Shown: piece by piece, positions 37,822-51,752 of the stretch
How the letters are laid out: every line of letters starts with the position of its first letter
Position numbering within the stretch: the first letter of the stretch is position 1
Assembly (NCBI RefSeq): GCF_036365525.1
Contig: NW_027142032.1
Coordinates: forward strand, 434,001-498,000
Direction: 5' to 3'
Length of the DNA: 64,000 nucleotides
Source of the DNA: Heterodontus francisci
Taxonomy: Eukaryota
Translations under genes and position numbers: made by a program
Notes under the pieces: model-generated
The model's input: the letters and a program-made list of their open reading frames with translations, nothing else
Told to the model about the DNA's origin: nothing
The model's database searches: none

Positions 37822-40445
37822 AGAACAAAGAACAAATAACGAAGAAAATTGCAGCACAGGAACAGGCCTTTCGGCCCTCCAAGACTGCGCCAATCCAGAT
37901 CCTCTATCTAAACATGTCGCCTATTTTCTAAGGGTCTGTATCTCTTTGCTTCCTGTCCATTCATGTATCTGTCTAGATACATCTTAAAAGACGCTATCGT
38001 GCCCTCGTCTACCACCTCTGCTGGCAACGCATTCCAGGCACCCACCACCCTCTGCGTAAAGAACTTTCCACGCATATCCCCCCTAACCTTTTCCCCTCTC
38101 ACTTTGAACTCTTGACCCCAAGTAATTGAATTCCCCACTCTGGGAAAAAGCTTCTTGCTATCCACCTTATCTATACCTCTCATGATTTTGTACACCTCAA
38201 TCAGGTCCCCCCCTCAACCTCTGTCTTTCTAATGAAACTAATCCTAATCTACTCAACCTCTCTTCATAGCTAGCGCCCTCCATACCAGGCAACATCCTGG
38301 TGAACCTCCTCTGCACCCTCTCCAAAGCATCCACATCCTTTTGGTAATGTGGCGACCAGAACTGCACGCAGTATTCCAAATGTGGCCGAACCAAAGTCCT
38401 ATACAACTGTAACATGATCTGCCAAACCTTCTACTCAATACCCCGTCCGATGAAGGAAAGCATGCCGTATGCCTTCTTGACCACTCTATTGACCTGCGTT
38501 GCCACCTTCAGGGAACAATGGACCTGAACACCCAAATCTCTCTGTACATCAATTTTCCCCAGGACTTTTCCATTTACTGTATAGTTCACACTTGAATTGG
38601 ATCTTCCAAAATGCATCACCTCGCATTTGCCCTGATTGAACTCCATCTGCCATTTCTCTGCCCTACTCTCCAATCTACCCAAATTCTGCTGTATTCTCTG
38701 ACAGTCACCTTCACTATCTGCTATCCACCAATCTTAGTGTCTTCTGCAAACTTGCTAATCAGACCACCTATACTTTCCTCCAAATCATTAATGTATATCA
38801 CAAACAACAGTGGTCCCAGCACGGATCCCTGTGGAACACCACTGGCCACACGTCTCCATTTAGAGAAACTCCCGTCCACTGCTACTCTCTGTCTTCTGTT
38901 GCCCAACCAGTTCTTTATCCATCCAGCTAGTACACACTGGACCCCATTCCCCTTCACTTTCTCCATCAGCCTACCATGGGGATCCTTATCAAACGCCTTA
39001 CTGAAGTCCATGTATATGACATCTACAGCCCTTCCCTCATCAATAAACCTTGTCACTTCCTCAAAGAATTCTATTAAGTTGGTAAGACATGACCTTCCCT
39101 GCACAAAACCATGTTGCCGATCAGTGATAAGCCCATTTTCTTCCAAATGGGAATAGATCCTATCCCTCAGTATCTTCTCCAGCAGCTTCCCTACCACGGA
39201 CGTCAGGCTCACCGGTCTATAATTAACAGGATTCTCCCTGCAACCCTTCTTAAACAAGGGGACAACATTAGCAATTCTCCAGTCCTCTGGGACCTCACCC
39301 GTGTTTTAGGATGCTTCAAAGATATCTGTTAAGGCCCCAGCTATTTCCTCTCTCGGTTCCCTCAGCAACCTGGGATAGATCCCATCCGGACCTGGGGACT
39401 TGTCCACCTTTATGCATTTTCGATTAACCAGCACTTCCTCCCTCCTTATGCCGACTTGACCTAGAGTAATCGAACATCTGTCCCTAACCTCTACATCTGT
39501 CATGTCCCTCTCCTCGGTGAATACCGATGCAAAGTGCTCGTTTAGCATCTCACCCATTTTCTTTGACTCCACGCATAACTTTCCTCCTTTGTCCTTGAGT
39601 GGGCCAATCCTTTCTCTGGTCACCCTTTTGCTCCTTATATATGAATAAAAGGCTTTGGGATTTTCCTTAACCCTGTTTGCTAAAGATATTTCATGACCCC
39701 TTTTAGCCCTCTTAATTCCTCGTTTCAGATTGGCCCTTCATTCCCGATATTCTTTCAAAGCTTCGTCTTTCATCAGCCGCCTAGACCTTATGTATGCTTC
39801 CTTTATCCTCTTTGCCACACTCACAATTTCTTCTCTTATCCATGGTTCCCTGATCTTGCCATTTCTATCCCTCATTTTCACAGGATCATGTCTCTCCTGC
39901 ACACTAATCAACCTCTCTTTAAAAGCCGACCACATATCACATGTGGATTTACCTTCAAACAGCTGCTCCCAATCTACATTCCCCAGCTCCTGCCGAATTT
40001 TGGTATAGTTGGCCTTCCCCCAATTTAGCACTCTTCCTTTAGGACCACTCTCGTCTTTATCCATGAGTATTCTAAAACGTCCGGAATTGTGATCACTATT
40101 CTCAAAGTGGTCCCCGACTAAAATTTCAACCACCTGGCCGGGCTCATTCCCCAACACCAGGTCGAGTATGGCCCCTTCCCGAGTTGGACTATTTACATAC
40201 TGCTCTAGAAAACCCTCCTGGATGCTCCTTACAAATTCTGCTCCATCTAGACCTCTAACACTAAGTTAAACCCAGTCAATGTTGGGAAAATTAAAATCTC
40301 CTATCACCACCACCCTGTTGCTCCTACATCTTTCCATAATCTGTTTACATATTTGTACCTCTATCTCACGCTCGCTGTTGGGAGGCCTGTAGTATAGCCC
40401 CAACATTGTTACCGCACCTTTCCTATTTCGGAGTTCTGCCCATAT
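37822..40445 (-). mobile_element. CR1 LINE, 5'-truncated
   Basis: Minus-strand ORF2 pieces from the endonuclease to KRYRPLENRRHV*. Same subfamily as 14230-15150. Confidence 0.95.
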
Positions 40446-40797
40446 TTCAGACTGATGTTAGTGACATCAAATGCTTAAACTTGCATAAACACTTAACCTC
40501 AGACAAATAGGAAATTAGCCCCTAACAGTAAGAACAGTGCATGTGAACCAAGAGTATGTTTAAACAGATAACATTAAAATGTACTGTGACAATCTTTCTT
40601 TCATTTTTTTTTCAACCGAAGCTCATAGTAATGAATTCCGAAGGCCACCACAATTAGAGAAATAACAAATCTTACTCCCAGGCAATTATTTACTGATAAT
40701 ATTGCATTCAAATAATTTGAGATAGGTAGAAATATTTAATATTCCATCTGATTGATTTTAAACCATAAAGAAGTAGACTTATTTAGGAAACCGTGTC

Positions 40798-42710
40798 AAG
40801 AACAAACAAAGAACAAAGAACAGTACAGCACAGGAACAGGCCATTCGGCGCTCCAAGCCTGCGCCGATCTTGATGCCTGCCGAAACTAACACCTTCTGCA
40901 CTTCCGGGTCCCATATCCCGCTATTCCCTTCTTATTCAAATATTTGTCAATATGTCTCTTAAACGTCGCTATCGTACCTGCTTGCAGCACCTCCCCGGCA
41001 TCAAGTTCCAGGCACTCACCACCCTCTGTGTAAAAATCTTCCTCGCACATCCCCTCTAAACTTTGCCCCTTGCACCGGAAACCTATGTCTCCTAGTAACT
41101 GACTCTTCCACCCTGGGAAAAAAGCTTCTGACTATCCACTCTGTCCATGCCGCTCATAACTTTATAAACCTCTATCATGTCGCCCCTCCACCTCCGTCGA
41201 TCCAGTACAAACAATCCGAGTTTTTCCAACCTCTCCTCATAGCTAATGCCCTCCAGACCAGGCAACATCCCGGTAAACCTCATCTGTACCCTCTCCAGAG
41301 CCTCCACGTCCTTCTGGTAGTGTGGCGACCATAATTGAATGCGATATTCTAAGTGTGGCCTAACTAAGATTCTGTACAGCTGCAACATGACTTGCCAATT
41401 TTTATACTCGGTGCCCCAACTGATGAAGGCAAGCATGCCGTATGCCTTCTTGACTACCTTATCCACCTGCGTTGCCACTTTCAGTGACCTGTGGACCTGT
41501 CCAACCAGATCTCTCTGCCTGTCAATACTCCTAAGGGTTCTGCCATTTCCTGTATACTTCCCACCTGCATTAGATCTTCCAAAATGCATTACCTCACATT
41601 TGTCCGGATTAAACTCCATCTGCCATTTCTCTGCCCAAGTCTCCAACTGATCTATATCCTGCTGTATCCTCTGACAATCCTCATCACTATCTGCAACTCC
41701 ACTCACCTTTGTGTCGTCCGCAAACCTACCAATCAGACCAGCTAGATTTTCCTCCAAATCATTTATATATACTACAAAGAGCAAAGTTCCCAGCACTGAT
41801 CCCTGCGGAACACCACTAGTCACATCCCTCCATTCAGAAAAATACCCATCCACTGTTTCCCTCTGTTTTCTGTGACTGAGCCAGTTTGTATCCATCTTGC
41901 CAGCTCACCTCTCATCCCGTGTGACTTCACCTTTTGCACCAGTCTGCCATGCGGGACCTTGTCAAAGGCTTTACTAAAGTCCATATAGACAACATCCACC
42001 GCACATCCCTCATCAATCATCTTCGTCACTTCCTCAAAAAACTCAATCAAATTATTAAGACACGACCTCCCTTCACAAAACCATGTTGTCTCTCGCTAAT
42101 AAGTTCGTTTGTTTCCAAATGGGAGTAAATCCTGTCCCGAAGAACCCTCTCCAATAGTTTCCCTACCACTGACGTAAGGCTCACCGGCTTATAATTTCCT
42201 GGATTATCCTTGCCACCCTTCCTATCAAAGGAACAACATTGGCTATTCTCCAGTCCTCTGGGACCTCACCTGTTGCCAATGAGGATGCAAAGATTTCTGT
42301 CAAGGCCCCAGCAATTTCTTCCCTTGCCTCCCTCGGTATTCTATGGTCGATCCCATCGGACCCTGGGGACTTATCTACCTTAATGCTTTGCAACACACCC
42401 AACACGTCTTCCTTTTTGACAATGAGATGACTGAGACTATCTGCACTCCCTTCGCTAGGCTGATCATCCACCAAGTCCTTCTCCTTGGTGAATACTGATG
42501 CAAAGTAATCATTTAGCACCTCGCCCATTTCCTCTGACTCCACGCATAGCTTCCCATCTCTGTCCTTGAGTGGGCCAACCCTTTCCATGGTTACCCTCTT
42601 GCTCTTTATGTATGCATAAAAAGCCTTGGGATTTTCCTTAATCCTGTTTGCCTATGACTTTTCATGACCCTTTTTAGCCCTCCTAACTCCTTTCTTAAGT
42701 TCCTTCCTGA
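40798..42710 (-). mobile_element. CR1 LINE, 5'-truncated
   Basis: 267-aa RT frame ([21 protein letters not shown]) and (ttctttg)n tail. Confidence 0.95.
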
Positions 42711-42765
42711 GAGATTGGATAATGCATACAAACCGCACTGCAGTTTGAACAGAGGAGGGCAGTGC

Positions 42766-43165
42766 CTGAGCGGATTAAGATACATTTTGAGAACAAAGGC
42801 AGCAACAGCACTGAGCTTATTTAAGGACATTCGTACACCCCACTCTGCTGATCTATGTCTCAGTGAAATTCTCAACCCTAGCAGGCTGAATGAGGATGTG
42901 GCATTAACATAAATTCCTAGATCTGAAATCCGCCTGAATTATTCACCAGAAGGGTTTTGTTGTTGCAGACAGTACACGCAGGCATTCACAAATATGACCA
43001 AGCACCAGAAATTCGGATGCAACATGGAAAATGAAATGATAAATAAGCAACCAAGTGGAAAATGCTCAGCACTGAACAGAACAGTAACAGCAGTTCGGTG
43101 TTATAAAAAAGGGCTGTGGTTTCCACTTGTAGGAGAGTTAGTACAAAGAAAGAGGAACTTAGCGT
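42766..43165 (-). promoter_or_regulatory. Promoter plus leader module, copy 3
   Basis: ATG at 42830 gives MSLNKLSAVAAFVLKMYLNPL. RUNX-like TGTGGTTT at 43115 and ETS-like AGAGGAAC at 43151 have the same spacing as in copy 1. Confidence 0.55.
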
Positions 43166-44413
43166 CCAGCAGAAAGGGCAGTGCCAGTGCAAAATATCTC
43201 AATATATATTTACTGGAATATCCACTGACTACGTATATTTTCCCAATGGATGCCGAACATTGCATGCTGCATTTTTTATAGAAAAGATTTACAGAATCTT
43301 GCAGCACAGAAGCAGGCCACCCACCCGTTGTGCCCATGCTGGTTCCTTGAAACAGCTGTCCAATATGCTCCTACATCCCAACGTAATCCCCATTAACCAG
43401 ACAAATCAGTTCCCTTCAAGTTCAAATCCAGTTGTCTTTTCAAAGTCCTGATGGAATCTGCTTCCACCATTTCTTTAGGTCGTACATTCCAGACCGCACT
43501 AGCACTCAGTGTGAGAATGATTCTTCTCATTTCACCTCCAGTTCTTTTCCAAATACATTAAATAGTTGACTCGTGGTTACTGAGCAACATGTAACTGGAA
43601 CGACCTAATAATTATGAATATCTCTGTTCGATCTCTCCTTAGCCTCCTCTGTTCTACCGAGAACAAATCCCGTTTCTATAGATCCCCCAAAGTAACTGAA
43701 GTGTTTCATCTCTGGTACCAATCACAGGTCGAACAATATTTAACTCAACGCATCTGGAAAATCTCAAAGCCCATCAACTTAAATGGTGCATCACCCGACA
43801 CAATGAGACACAAATAACACTGTTTGACTTCCATTGCTCCATCCTATCCAACATTCACCTCACAAGTACGGGGACATCTTGATATTCTCATGGAATATCA
43901 AATTTCATTCTGGGAGGTCTTTAATCGCCCTCTATTCCGCCATGTTATTCACTCTTCATAAACTGGACTAGTAATCCAGAGGCTGATGATGATGAGCCTT
44001 GAATTCATAATCCGACCTGGGCAGCTGTGGCCATTTATTCTCAATGAATAAATAAACATGGAACAATAATGATTTAAAAATCTACATCAGTAATGGTGAC
44101 GCTGAACATGCCAGCTTATAATTTCAACCCATATGGTTCACTAATGTCTTTCGGGGAAGGAGAACTGCCGTCCTTACTTGATAATTGGATACAAAATTAG
44201 CTTGGTGATCGGTAGTGGAGGGTTGTTTTTCAGATTGGGGCTGGTGGCCAGTGTTGTGCCGTGGGGGTCAGTGATTGGCCCTCTGTTGTTTGTCATATAT
44301 ATTAATGACTTGGATGTGAATGTAGGGGGCATGATTAGTAAGTTTTCAGATTACACCAAAATTGGTGGTAGACAGTGAAGAAGGTTGTTTAAGGTATCAA
44401 CAGGATACAGATC

Positions 44414-44415
<2 letters not shown>

Positions 44416-44460
<45 letters not shown>
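44416..44460. repeat. (CT)n microsatellite
   Basis: Direct inspection. Confidence 0.95.
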
Positions 44461-44463
<3 letters not shown>

Positions 44464-44656
44464 CCCAATCAACTTAAATCGCACATCATCCAAAAATAAT
44501 CATACACAGATAAAACTGATTTGCTTCCATTGCTCCATCCTATCTAACATTCAACTCACAAGTATGGGAACATTAAATATCATTCTGGGAGATCATTAAT
44601 CGCCCTCTATTCCGCCGGGTTATTCACTCTTCATAAACAAGACTAATAATCCAGAG

Positions 44657-44755
44657 ATAAAAACAAGAAATGCTGGAACCACTCAGCAGGTCTGGCAGCA
44701 TCTGTGAAAAGAGAAGCAGAGTTAACGTTTCGGGTCACTGACCCTTCTTCGGAAC
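44657..44755 (-). mobile_element. Penelope-like element 3' terminal fragment
   Basis: Near-exact reverse complement of 55092-55190. Confidence 0.85.
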
Positions 44756-44956
44756 GTTTCTGCTAATTGAAGGCAGATTTGAAATACAATGTTAATTAGA
44801 AAGGAAATGGAAGATATTTCATACTGTTGATAGCAGTGACATTATTTCACTAATAATGTTGTATTCAACCAATTTAAAAGTGATAGAGATAGTTACTACT
44901 TCATCTAATTGATTTTTAAACATAAACCACACTAGTTTTACACGGGATGACAGTAC

Positions 44957-45405
44957 CTGAGGGGGTTGAGAGATAAATTGTGAGCACAAAGGCAGCTGCA
45001 GCACTGTGTTTATTGAAGGATATTTGACTCCACACCCACCCACCCACCCCCACCACCGCACCCCCCACCCGCACCCCTCACCCCACACTGCAGATCTATG
45101 TCTCAGTAAAATGCTGAACTCGAAAAGGCTGAATGAGGAAGTGGAATGAATATCAATTCCGACATCTGAAAGCTGCGTGATATATTCACCAGCAGGATTT
45201 AGTTGTTGCAGACAATGCAGACACACGCTCAGAAATGTGACAAAGTGCCTGAAATTCGGATGTACGAGGGGAAAAGGAATGACAAATAAGCAAACAAGCG
45301 GTAATGGTCAGCACTGAACAGAAAAGTAACAGCAGTTAGGTGTTATAAAGAAAGGTTTTGGTTTCCACTTGTAGAAGAATTAGTTCAAAGAAAGAGGGAC
45401 TTAGT
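44957..45405 (-). promoter_or_regulatory. Promoter plus leader module, copy 4
   Basis: Start mutated (ATA at 45023), then SFNKHSAAAAFVLTIYLSTPS with phase-1 donor g|gtactg. Upstream CACTTCCTC is present. Tandem paralog of 42.7-43.9 kb. Confidence 0.55.
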
Positions 45406-46090
45406 GTCGAGCAGAAAGGGCAGTTTCACCATACAAAATATCTAAATATATATTTACTAGAATATCCACTGACTATATATTTTCCCAATGGATGTCGAGC
45501 ATTGCATGCTGCATTTATTTATAGAATAGATTTACAGAATCTTACAGCACAGAAGGATTCACACTTCTTCCACATGCTTGCTCCTTGAAACAGCTTCCCA
45601 ATATCCTCCCACATCCCAGCTTCATTCCCATAGCCATATAAATCAGTCCCTTTCAAGAACATATCCAGTTGCCTTTTCAAAGTCCTGATGGAATCTGCTT
45701 GCACCATTCATTCAGGTAGTACATCCCAAATCACACTAACCATCAATATGAGAATAGTTCTGCTTATTTCCCCTCTAGTTCTTCTACCAATATTTTAAAT
45801 CGTTGACCATTGGTCAGTGACCCACTTTTGATTGGAAGCAGTTTATCTCTGTTTTCTCCAACACACGCCCTAGTAATTGTGAATAGCTCAGTTAGGTCTC
45901 TCCTTAGCCTCCGCTGCTCTACAGAGAACAGACCCAGTTTCTATACTCTCCCAAAGTAACTGAAGTATTTCATCTCTGGTACCAATCAAAACATCGGCAA
46001 TCACCGATGGAACAGTATTTAACTCAACTTAATGCCTCTGGGAAACCTCAAATCCCATCAACTTAAATCATGCATCATACAAAATAATCA

Positions 46091-46426
46091 GCCACAGTGG
46101 CACAATGGTTAGCACCGCAGCTTCACAGCTCCAGCGACCCAGGTTCAAATCTGGGTACTGCCTGTGTGGAGTTTGCAAGTTCTCCCTGTGTCTGTGTGGG
46201 TTTTCTCCGGGTGTTCCGGTTTCCTCCCACATGCCAAAGACTTGCAGTTTGATAGGCAAATTGGCCATTATAAATTGCCCCTAGTACAGGTAGATGGTAG
46301 GGAAAAAAGGGTAGGTGGGGATGTGGTAGGAATATGGAATTAGTGTGGGATTAGTATAAATGAGTGTTTGATTGTCGGCACAGACTCGAAGGGCCTGTTT
46401 CAGTGCTGTATCTCTAAATAAATAAA
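46091..46426 (+). mobile_element. V-SINE (HE1-like)
   Basis: Head, V core and CR1-like tail as in the other copies. Confidence 0.92.
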
Positions 46427-48149
46427 ACTGTTTTACTTCCATTGTTCCTTCCCATTCCTCTCCTGAGAGGCAAATTCCCCTGGAAGTTAGTTCTAAGGAC
46501 AGCGACTCTCTGCCTTGTCTTGATCAGAATGGACAGTTGCAGTGTTTGAGCTCAGACACTGTTTGTCTGTGAACAGTCTGATTAAAGAAGGCGAAAACAT
46601 AGTCCCTAACAGTATCCTCAGCGGACATCCATTCACCAACACTTTACAATAGGGCCACCAGGTCACTATGAGCAGTGGCCACTATCTCTGCTTCTTGCCC
46701 TGACCTCAATCACTCCGCTTTCCTGAAAACTCATCCCACTCTCACTCCCTCATCGTTACTCACTGAGAATTGAGCACAGTCAAGCATCTGCTCCAATAGC
46801 TTTCCACTTTCGACTGCTGCACACCAAACTAGCTCTGGAGTTCATCGACTGAGCTACTGGAGATTGGACACCTCAGTCCCACTCTCCCACTGCCATCTGC
46901 CCACTCAGCTACTTCACAGATCCGAAATCCAGTCACATTGGTATAAAATTGTATCACCACTCACCAAATAGCAGTGTTATGGCGGCTCTGTCCATTTTCT
47001 AATGGTAGCTGCTTCGAGAGATAAGGGCTGTAAGCAACCACCACTGAGTCTCTTTCGACAGCTCACAGAATTTGAAACCATAAAGCTTTGAATGGGAGTG
47101 GATGCAGAGGCTGGGAGGAAATGAAGTGGTCGTCCCAGTTAAAGCCACAACACTGAGTTATGCACAATAGTGAGTAAGATAGTGATGTGAACATTACAAG
47201 ATCCAAAATGAAAGTCTTTGAATATTAGGCAATGATGACAGGATGAAGGAGCTGGAATAGACTCCGCACTCAGAACAACACAGAAGCAAATGTATGTTTG
47301 GTTGGGACCTTGCTTTCATCGTGGTTCGGAGTCTCATATTGGGAAGACCCTATCCCCACTTCGTGTCAACATAATACACTCAAAGGGCATGAGCAAGACA
47401 ACAAAATGCAGCACAGCAAAATCGCACACAGAGCGCCCCATCCTGTATCAATCATTGCTTTGCTGTAGTCAATGTGCACGGCGATGTTTCATGTGATCCC
47501 CATATTGACCCGGATGACTGTTGGTAATAATTATTTGAGCTCGACAATCTTCCTCCAACACCATCACATCGATCCTGAGCAATGAAGCCAGGAACTAATC
47601 TCATGATACGAAAGTACTGTGTTCCACCTCTCCTCAGTAGAACCGAACTGGATGAAATCTTCTAGCCTTTGATGAAATGTTCGACACAGTTAATGATAGT
47701 GTAGAAACGCGTCATGTTCATTTGGAACATTTGAATTAAGTTCGAGATGAGAATCTGTACAGATATGTTCCTTTCCATCTCCTTTTTAAACTCAAGTGCC
47801 TTGTGTATCAATGTCAGCAATTGACTGGGAGCTCATATTCCCCGAAGAGAAGGGACGTAGGGTGGAATTGAATAAATGCAGTTATAACCCTCACTCAAAA
47901 TCAGAGGCAATTTAATCAAGAACCAAAATCTCCCTGTTAGATCAGGAACTTCACCGAGTGTGAAGCTTAAGTAATAATCACAAAACCCAGAAACATTTGC
48001 AAAAATGGCTGAGTTTAATACTTAATCCATTTTATTTTCAGTGAAGAATCTGTCAGTGCCTTGACTGGAAGTTAAAATGAACTGTTCCAATTAACTGAAC
48101 TGAACCTGATACATTGTGTGTCTCGTTACCTGTCCATCAGCAACAAAGT

Positions 48150-48550
48150 GTGTTTATAAAGCACCATCTGGGCAGTTCATCGTCCCACAGCGTTTTACAG
48201 GATGGATCATCAAACAGAATTTCACCCCGAGATATGTTAAGGGATATTAGAACAGGTGAGCAAATTATTTTCAAACGGTCAGACAATCAGGAGAGTCTTG
48301 AAGGAGGAGAGAATGTTATAGAGGTTGCGAGGTTCAGGGAGGGAATTCCAGAGCTTAGGGTCCCAGACAGCTGAGGGAACGGCCGACTATGGTAAGTGAT
48401 CATATTGGGGATATGGAATCGGCCAGAATTCCAGGGGCACAGAGATCTCAGAGGGTTGTATGGGCTGAAGGAGGTTCCTGATGTAGCGATAGGCGTGTCC
48501 CTGTAGGGAGTTGCACAAGGCTGAGAATTCGAAGATGCAGATCATTGGAT
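48150..48550 (-). mobile_element. Old L2-type LINE 3' remnant
   Basis: gggagggaattccagagcttagggtcccagacagctgagg and tttataaagcacc...cccacagcgttttaca match L2-type 3' ends. Confidence 0.55.
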
Positions 48551-50232
48551 TTGTGATCTAATAATCATCCTTTCCTGTTCCAATTAGCAGAAGCATCTAC
48601 AATTCGATCAGAGTTGTGTGAGTTAATCATCGAATTCAGGAGAGGGTTTTCAATGTGTAAGTGACAATGTTCATCATTGAACTGTCACTGTGCAGCTTAA
48701 TTGGGATGAGAAAGACATGTTTTATTGTGGAAAGGCCAAACGTTTCAACCGGTGATTGGGACTGACATCAGTCTGTCATTTTCAGGTGTAGCCTTTTTGG
48801 ATAGTTTGATTTGTCAATACTTCCAATCACAATCCTATTGGTGAAATAATTTAACCATTGCTGCAACTGTCAATATGTTTTCAATGCAGCTGAATACAGT
48901 TTATATTCGAAAGCAAAATATGGAGAATGCTGGAAATCTGAAAGGGAAACATCCCATGTTGGAATTATTCAACCAACAAGCAGCATATGTGGAGAAACAG
49001 AGTTGTCTTTTCAGCGTGAGGATCTCCACATTGAACTGGTAGAAGTTGGAGATTTAAATAATTAGAAACACATATTTTGCCAGTTTATAAACAAGCACAG
49101 TATTCTGGCTCTTGATAAACTGTTAAATCTCTAACTTCCGACGAATGTTCATCAGTATCAAACCTTCAAGCTCTTTCTCACTCCATGGATGCTGCCTAAT
49201 CTGTGAGATTTTCCAGCATTTTCAAAGTTCATGTTCACATAATTAACAAACAAAACGCAGTGACATCTTCATGAATTTAGCACATTTTTATTTCTCAGTC
49301 CTTTACAGTGTATTAACAGTTGGTATATACAGTGAGCTGCTTTAGATATGTTTTATAATTTGAATTAGTTCAGCTCTGAAATGAATCATTTGCAATAATG
49401 AATAGCTAATAACAGTTTTGCCTATATAGGCAAATAAAACCCTTTTGAGTAGCCAACATAATCTATTTATCTGGTTAAATTGTGGCCCTCAATGAAGTCG
49501 GTATTATCCACCTCGTGGTAACTGTGGGGCGCTTTGTGTAGAATGAACAACACACAGGGGAAATACCATAATGCAATGAGGGCACTGAGAATGGCGATTT
49601 TTTTATCATTAATTCAATTAAAAGCACATCACAGCACTGAGCGATATATCAATTCTTCAATTTGGGGGACGGATTTGTGCAGAATGTCGATGAATTTAGG
49701 AAGATTCGATTCTGTAAACCAAATATAATTTGCAACTGGATCCTTTCATTGTGTTATCCCAATTGCTTGACACATGCAACGTCACTAAGCTTTCGACATA
49801 TGGAGCAATAAACAAAGTGACCCAGTTTCCCCTCTGAATACAAATGTAACTATCATCGAACCATTAGTTTACCTCTCCCTCTGCCACCTGTGAAGGGAAG
49901 TTAAATATCTTCCTTCTTCTAGTTACACACATGGTCTGAAATGTTTTATTGCATCCTGATAATCGCCATTGTGAACAGGACACCAAGAAATCAATTAGTT
50001 CCTACGCAACATCAAATTCCAACCTGTCTGCTCACCTGGCACATTTTTGGCATCTTGGGCCATCTATTATCTCAATCCATTGGCCAACTTTAGTCAAACA
50101 GAATCGAGTTAAACAGCACCGTTAACTAAACTGCACCCTGATGTATTAGCCTTAAGTATTCTTCAAATTAACAAATTTAAACACTTCATTACTTCTAGCT
50201 GCAGTGCGTGTATCCACCTATCTACATTTCTG

Positions 50233-50387
50233 NNNNNNNNNNNNNNNNNNNNNNNNNNNNNNNNNNNNNNNNNNNNNNNNNNNNNNNNNNNNNNNNNNNN
50301 NNNNNNNNNNNNNNNNNNNNNNNNNNNNNNNNNNNNNNNNNNNNNNNNNNNNNNNNNNNNNNNNNNNNNNNNNNNNNNNNNNNNNNN
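50233..50387. other. Assembly gap (N run)
   Basis: Run of 155 N. Confidence 1.
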
Positions 50388-50999
50388 ATCTACTCATCTC
50401 TCTGTCTATCGCCCGATGTAAATGCAGTAGAACACATGTCATATAATTTACCAACTAGATTTTTGCCAACTCAAATCTGATGTAAATATATGCAAATTCA
50501 AACCAATAGCAATTCCAATAAAATGACAGTAAAGTAAAACTAAACTATGGGCTCAGCTCCAGGAAATCGGGACAGGTCAATTTTCTGCAAGCATTGCGAA
50601 ACAAATTTGTTCCCTAACACAGATGCAGTGCAACAATTCAACTGCATTTGAGAAATTCCAAAACTGACTACTATCAAAATTAACATATCAGTTTGGATAT
50701 GTATCATTCTGTATGATGACTCTGTCTATCTCTCTCAGACACATACCTTGAAAAATATCCATAGAGTGAGGTAGACATATTGATGTAACGTTATCTGACA
50801 TCGATATCAGTTATTTCCTGTCTGGGGCAACAGCAAACTCTGCTCTGTAAAAAGCTTTCACGTTTACATAGCATCTTAAATCTAGGATATTCGCACTTCA
50901 GTCTCTTCATCACCACTGAGGAGAGAATACATTTCATCAGTAAAATAGCCTCTCAAAAGAAAAAAGAAAATGGTTATCAACAAGACTACTCAAGCATAT

Positions 51000-51752
51000 A
51001 GAGTCATACAGTTATACATCACAGTTACAGGCCCTTCGGCCCATCGTTTCTGTGCCGGCCATCACATCCATTCTGATTCCATTGTCCAGCACTTGGCCCG
51101 CAGTCTTGTTGCTATGGCGTTTCAAGTGCTCGTCTAAATATTCCTAAATGTTATGAGAGTTCCTGCCTCACCATCTCTTCAGGAAGTGCGTTACAGATTC
51201 CAACCAGCCTCTAAGTGATTTTTCCCCTCAAAACGCCACTAAACCCCCTGCCACTTGCCTTAAATCTATGCCCCCTGTTTGTTGACCCCTTCGCTAAGGC
51301 AAAAAAATGTTTCTTCCTATCTAACCTACCAATGCCCCTCATAATTTTGTATACCTCAATCATGTCCCCCTCAGCCTTTTCTGCTCGAAGGAAAACAACC
51401 CTAGCCTTTTCAATCTCTCTTCATAGCTGAAATACTCCAGCCCAGGCAGCATCCTGCTGGATTTCCTCTGCACCATCTCCAGTGCAATCCAATCCTTCCT
51501 ATAGTGCAGTGCCCAGAATTGAACACAGTACTCCAGTTGTGGCCTAACTAGTGTTTTATACAGCTCCATCATAACGTTCCTGCTGTTACATTATATGCCT
51601 TTGCTAATAAAGGCAAGTATTCCATATGCCTTCTGAACCATCTTGTCGACCTGTTCTGCCTTCAGTGATCTGTGGACAAGTACACCAAGGTCCTTCTGAC
51701 CATCTGTACTTCCTAGGGTCCTACCATCTATTGTATATTCCCTTGCCTTGAT
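51000..51752 (-). mobile_element. CR1 LINE 3' fragment
   Basis: ELYKTLVRPQLEYCVQFWALHYRKD and CR1 tail. Confidence 0.9.

Noticed and set aside
50204-50480. ORFs spanning the N run
   Set aside because: Artefacts of the assembly gap.
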